A DNA stretch of 64,000 bases from Squalus acanthias (lineage: Eukaryota): contig CM059432.1 of the NCBI GenBank assembly GCA_030390025.1, forward strand, positions 110,238,001 to 110,302,000. Direction: 5' to 3'. The position numbers were made by a program, and so were the translations under genes. This document shows, in pieces, positions 61,090 to 64,000 of this stretch (position 1 is the first letter of the stretch; each line of letters starts with the position of its first letter). Under the pieces are notes generated by a model. That model searched no databases and was not told where the DNA came from. It saw nothing but the letters and a program-made list of their open reading frames with translations.

Positions 61090-64000
61090 GTGGGGCAGTT
61101 ACCAGAGTCTGTTATTAGGGACAGAGTGACTGAGCACTTGGACAAATAAGAGCTGATCAGCGAGAGCCAGCATGGGTTTGTAAAGGGCAAGTCATGTCTA
61201 ACGAACCTAGGCGAATCTTTTGAGGTCATTAACATGATAATGGAGTGTCTACTGATGTTATTTATATGGACTTCCAGAAGGCATTCAACACATTTTCACA
61301 TAAGAGACTGTTAACAAAAATGAAACTACATTGAATTGGAGTTAACTTATTGACATGGGTAGGGAATTGGTTAGGAAGAAAGAAAGACTTGCATTTCTAT
61401 AGCGCCTTTCACGACCACCGGACGTCTCAAAGCGCTTTACAGCCAATGAAGTACTTTTTGGAGTGTAGTCACTGTTGTAATGTGGGAAGGAGGTAGGAAA
61501 CAGAGAGCAGGAATTTTACTCCAATTGACAGGATGTCACAGGGATCTGTACTGGGGCCTCAGCTTTTCACTATAGTTATAAATGACTTTGACGAATGAAT
61601 AGAGAGCTGTTTATCCAAGTTTGCTGACGGCACCAAGTTAGGTGGCACAGCAAATAGTGTAGATGGGAGCAGAAAGTTGCAATGCAACATTGATCGATTA
61701 AGTGAGTGGGCGAAACTGGCAGATGGAGTTCAATGTGGGGAAGTGTGAGGTCATCCACTTTGGACCTAAGATAGATAGATCAGGGTATTTTCTACATGGT
61801 GAGAAGCTAGGAACTGTGGAGGAGCAGAGTGGTGAAAGTTATTTTACAGGTATATGAAGCTCTGCTTAGATCAGATTTAGAGTATATTGTTCAGTTCTGG
61901 GCACCCCACCTCAGGAAGGATATACTGGCCTTGGAGGAGGTGCAGCACAGATTTACCAGAATGATACCGAGGCTAAAAGGGTTAAGTTATGAGGACAGGT
62001 TGCATAGACTAGGCTTGTATTCTCTCGAGTATGGGAGATTAAGGGGTGATCTAATTGAGGTGTTTAAGATGATTAAAGGCTTTGACATGATAGATAAGAG
62101 AGAAAGGTCAAGAAATTCGGCATCGCTAAAAACCTGCCGGTACCACCGCGGGCCGGTGTTAACAGACAGCGAAAATGGTGATGCTGGCAGGACCGGTAAA
62201 ATGGACACTGGGAAATAATTAACATTAGCCCAGTGCTAAACTCACCGTGCAAGTTAGTCCCGGCAGGAGGCCCAAAGTAGCGTGGCCGTGGCGTCATTGC
62301 AGCAAGAACAGCCTTCTCTTAAAGCAAGGCTGTCATTTCAGAAAGCAGTTCGGTCTCTTAAAGGGGAACTGCCTTCTGAAATGAAAAAAATAAAAATCAT
62401 GTAAAAACAGGCAGTTTAGATCTTATAGCTCAACTGCCTTCTTAAAAAAAAGTTAACATTAAAAAGAATTCCCAAATGGGCGTGTTCAGCTCTTAAAGCT
62501 AAATTGCCTGCCACACCTAAAATAAAATGCTAAAAGTGCTTCAGCAAGGCAGGAAAGGAGCAAAGCTGGAGTGTTGGTCTCACACGCAGCACTCCAGCTT
62601 TGTGCAGGAGGTCAACACTGCAAGAGAGGCCTCTACTCACAAGGGCCAGGAGAAAGAATGATGTGGGACCAGATCACCGAGGCCGTCACTGTCAACAGTG
62701 TCGCCCCCCCGCTCCCCCCCACCCGGTTCCAGTGCCCAAAGAAGCTTCATGACCTCAGACCACTGGTCAAGGTCAGTGAATGCATCTTCAAAAGCCGTCT
62801 CCTACCAACTGCACCACTAGCCTCACACACTGCTCCAATCACTCACCTACCAACAATCTGTACCAAGCACGAGGCACTCCTCACATTCCTAGCTTCACTT
62901 CACCCTCTTGGAGGAGACGGTGCTGGTCATTCTTGGCAGGAGCAAGGCTGAGCCCTTGGCCAGCGGCGGGGTTGAAAGGATATAAGATGCTGGTACCCTT
63001 ATATGTTATCCTCCTTCATGCATGCACCTCTTGCTTTCCTGCCCTCCCCTCACCACAACTCTACCCTTGTGCCTTCCACATTTCACACACCCAAGAAATC
63101 CAGCCTGCCCAGCCAGTGGGTGACCAAGAAGAGGGAGAACAGAGTGAAGAAGAAGAAGAAGAAACACCGTCACTCAATTTCACACTCCCAGCCACCAGAT
63201 CCTGAAGGTCGACCAGCAAGGCCATCTGCAGTGTCCCCCACTGAAAGTCAGCAGCCTTCCACCAGCCATGCTGCAGCCACTGGGGTAGATCTGCATGACA
63301 GCAAAGGCACATACAAGACAGTCACACTAAGGGAATGCATAAGGGTGATGAGTTGATATCTTGATGTCATATTGGATGGATAGATGTACAAAGTTGGATT
63401 GGAAAGTTTGCTTTGTGGTGGCTTTTATTTCAGCATTGTGGCCAAGAGGACGCTGTGATGGTCAGTAACAGAGGGAAGGTAAGGTGTGGGACTAATGTTG
63501 AAAGGGGAATTGGGGTTGTGGTCACTGGGACCGCAGGCGGATAATTCAATCCCGGATATCCTGGCCAGAAAGGGGCTGTCTGCGTTGCATCCTTCCTTTT
63601 GTTTCCTCCTCTTCTGCGCCTGTGTGTCTCTCTTCAAGAAGTGCTGACAGCATCTCTGTCAGTCTACTGAACACTGACTTTTCAGAGCGAGCTTAGGACC
63701 CAGCACTAAACTCAGCACCGAGGTGGAAATTCACAGGGCGTGATGTTAAGTCGGCGTGCAACATCAAGCTCTCTTCACTTGAATCTCCAGGCCCTCACCA
63801 AAACAGCGGCCGCCGAGTCCCGCCAGAGAAAGGAGCTAGAGTGGTGGCCGGCATTTTCCTGGGGGGGGGGGGGGGCGGCGGAGTGGGGAGTCCAGACAAG
63901 GGGGCATAACCTTAAAATTAGAGCCAAGCCGCTTAGGGGTGATGTCAGGAAGCACCTTCTTCACACAAAGGGTAGTGGAAATCTGGAACTCTCCTCCCGT
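61090..64000 (+). mobile_element. Decayed CR1 (RT region) interrupted by a Deu-SINE tail (about 61375-61487) and a Harbinger derivative
   Basis: QHGF, FADGTKLG and ORF 61829..62218. CR1 sequence resumes at about 63880. Confidence 0.8.
62106..63860 (+). mobile_element. Internally deleted Harbinger derivative (Myb-like remnants and 3' regions, transposase mostly lost)
   Basis: WDQI...FQCPKKLHDL..LVK|gtcagt donor at 62772, EEETPSLNFTL, and a 3' block matching 57880-58000. Confidence 0.75.

Noticed and set aside
63859..63885. G-runs as functional G-quadruplexes (also about 990-1008 and 6632-6650)
   Set aside because: Simple homopolymers in or near repeats, length-unreliable, and without supporting context.
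41066..64000. Upstream OXR1 exons (LysM region) or an alternative first exon, e.g. ORF 47372..47572
   Set aside because: No recognisable OXR1 peptide with splice sites was found, so the next exon probably lies beyond the window.

Overview
Eukaryotic (vertebrate) genomic DNA, most likely a shark or other cartilaginous fish. This is inferred from HE1-type V-SINEs, Deu-domain SINEs and shark-style CR1 tails. The window lies inside an OXR1 gene on the minus strand, with three phase-compatible coding exons (41065-40913, 11756-11572, 3440-2638) separated by introns of about 29 kb and 8 kb. The introns are mostly transposable elements. These include about 20 CR1 LINE pieces (one full-length but decayed, one nearly intact), L2 and RTE fragments, two decayed two-gene Harbinger transposons plus two partial copies, several MITEs, Penelope-like inverted fragments, SINEs and three minisatellites. 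The most notable signals are: (1) an in-phase U_UUA_AAC slippery heptamer at the ORF1 stop of both CR1 copies that keep the junction, with ORF2 open in the -1 frame in the intact copy, suggesting programmed -1 frameshifting; (2) an inverted pair of minimal hammerhead ribozyme motifs; (3) perfect long inverted repeats; (4) an RTE insertion with twin-priming geometry. Repeat boundaries were read by eye and are approximate unless junction sequences are quoted.
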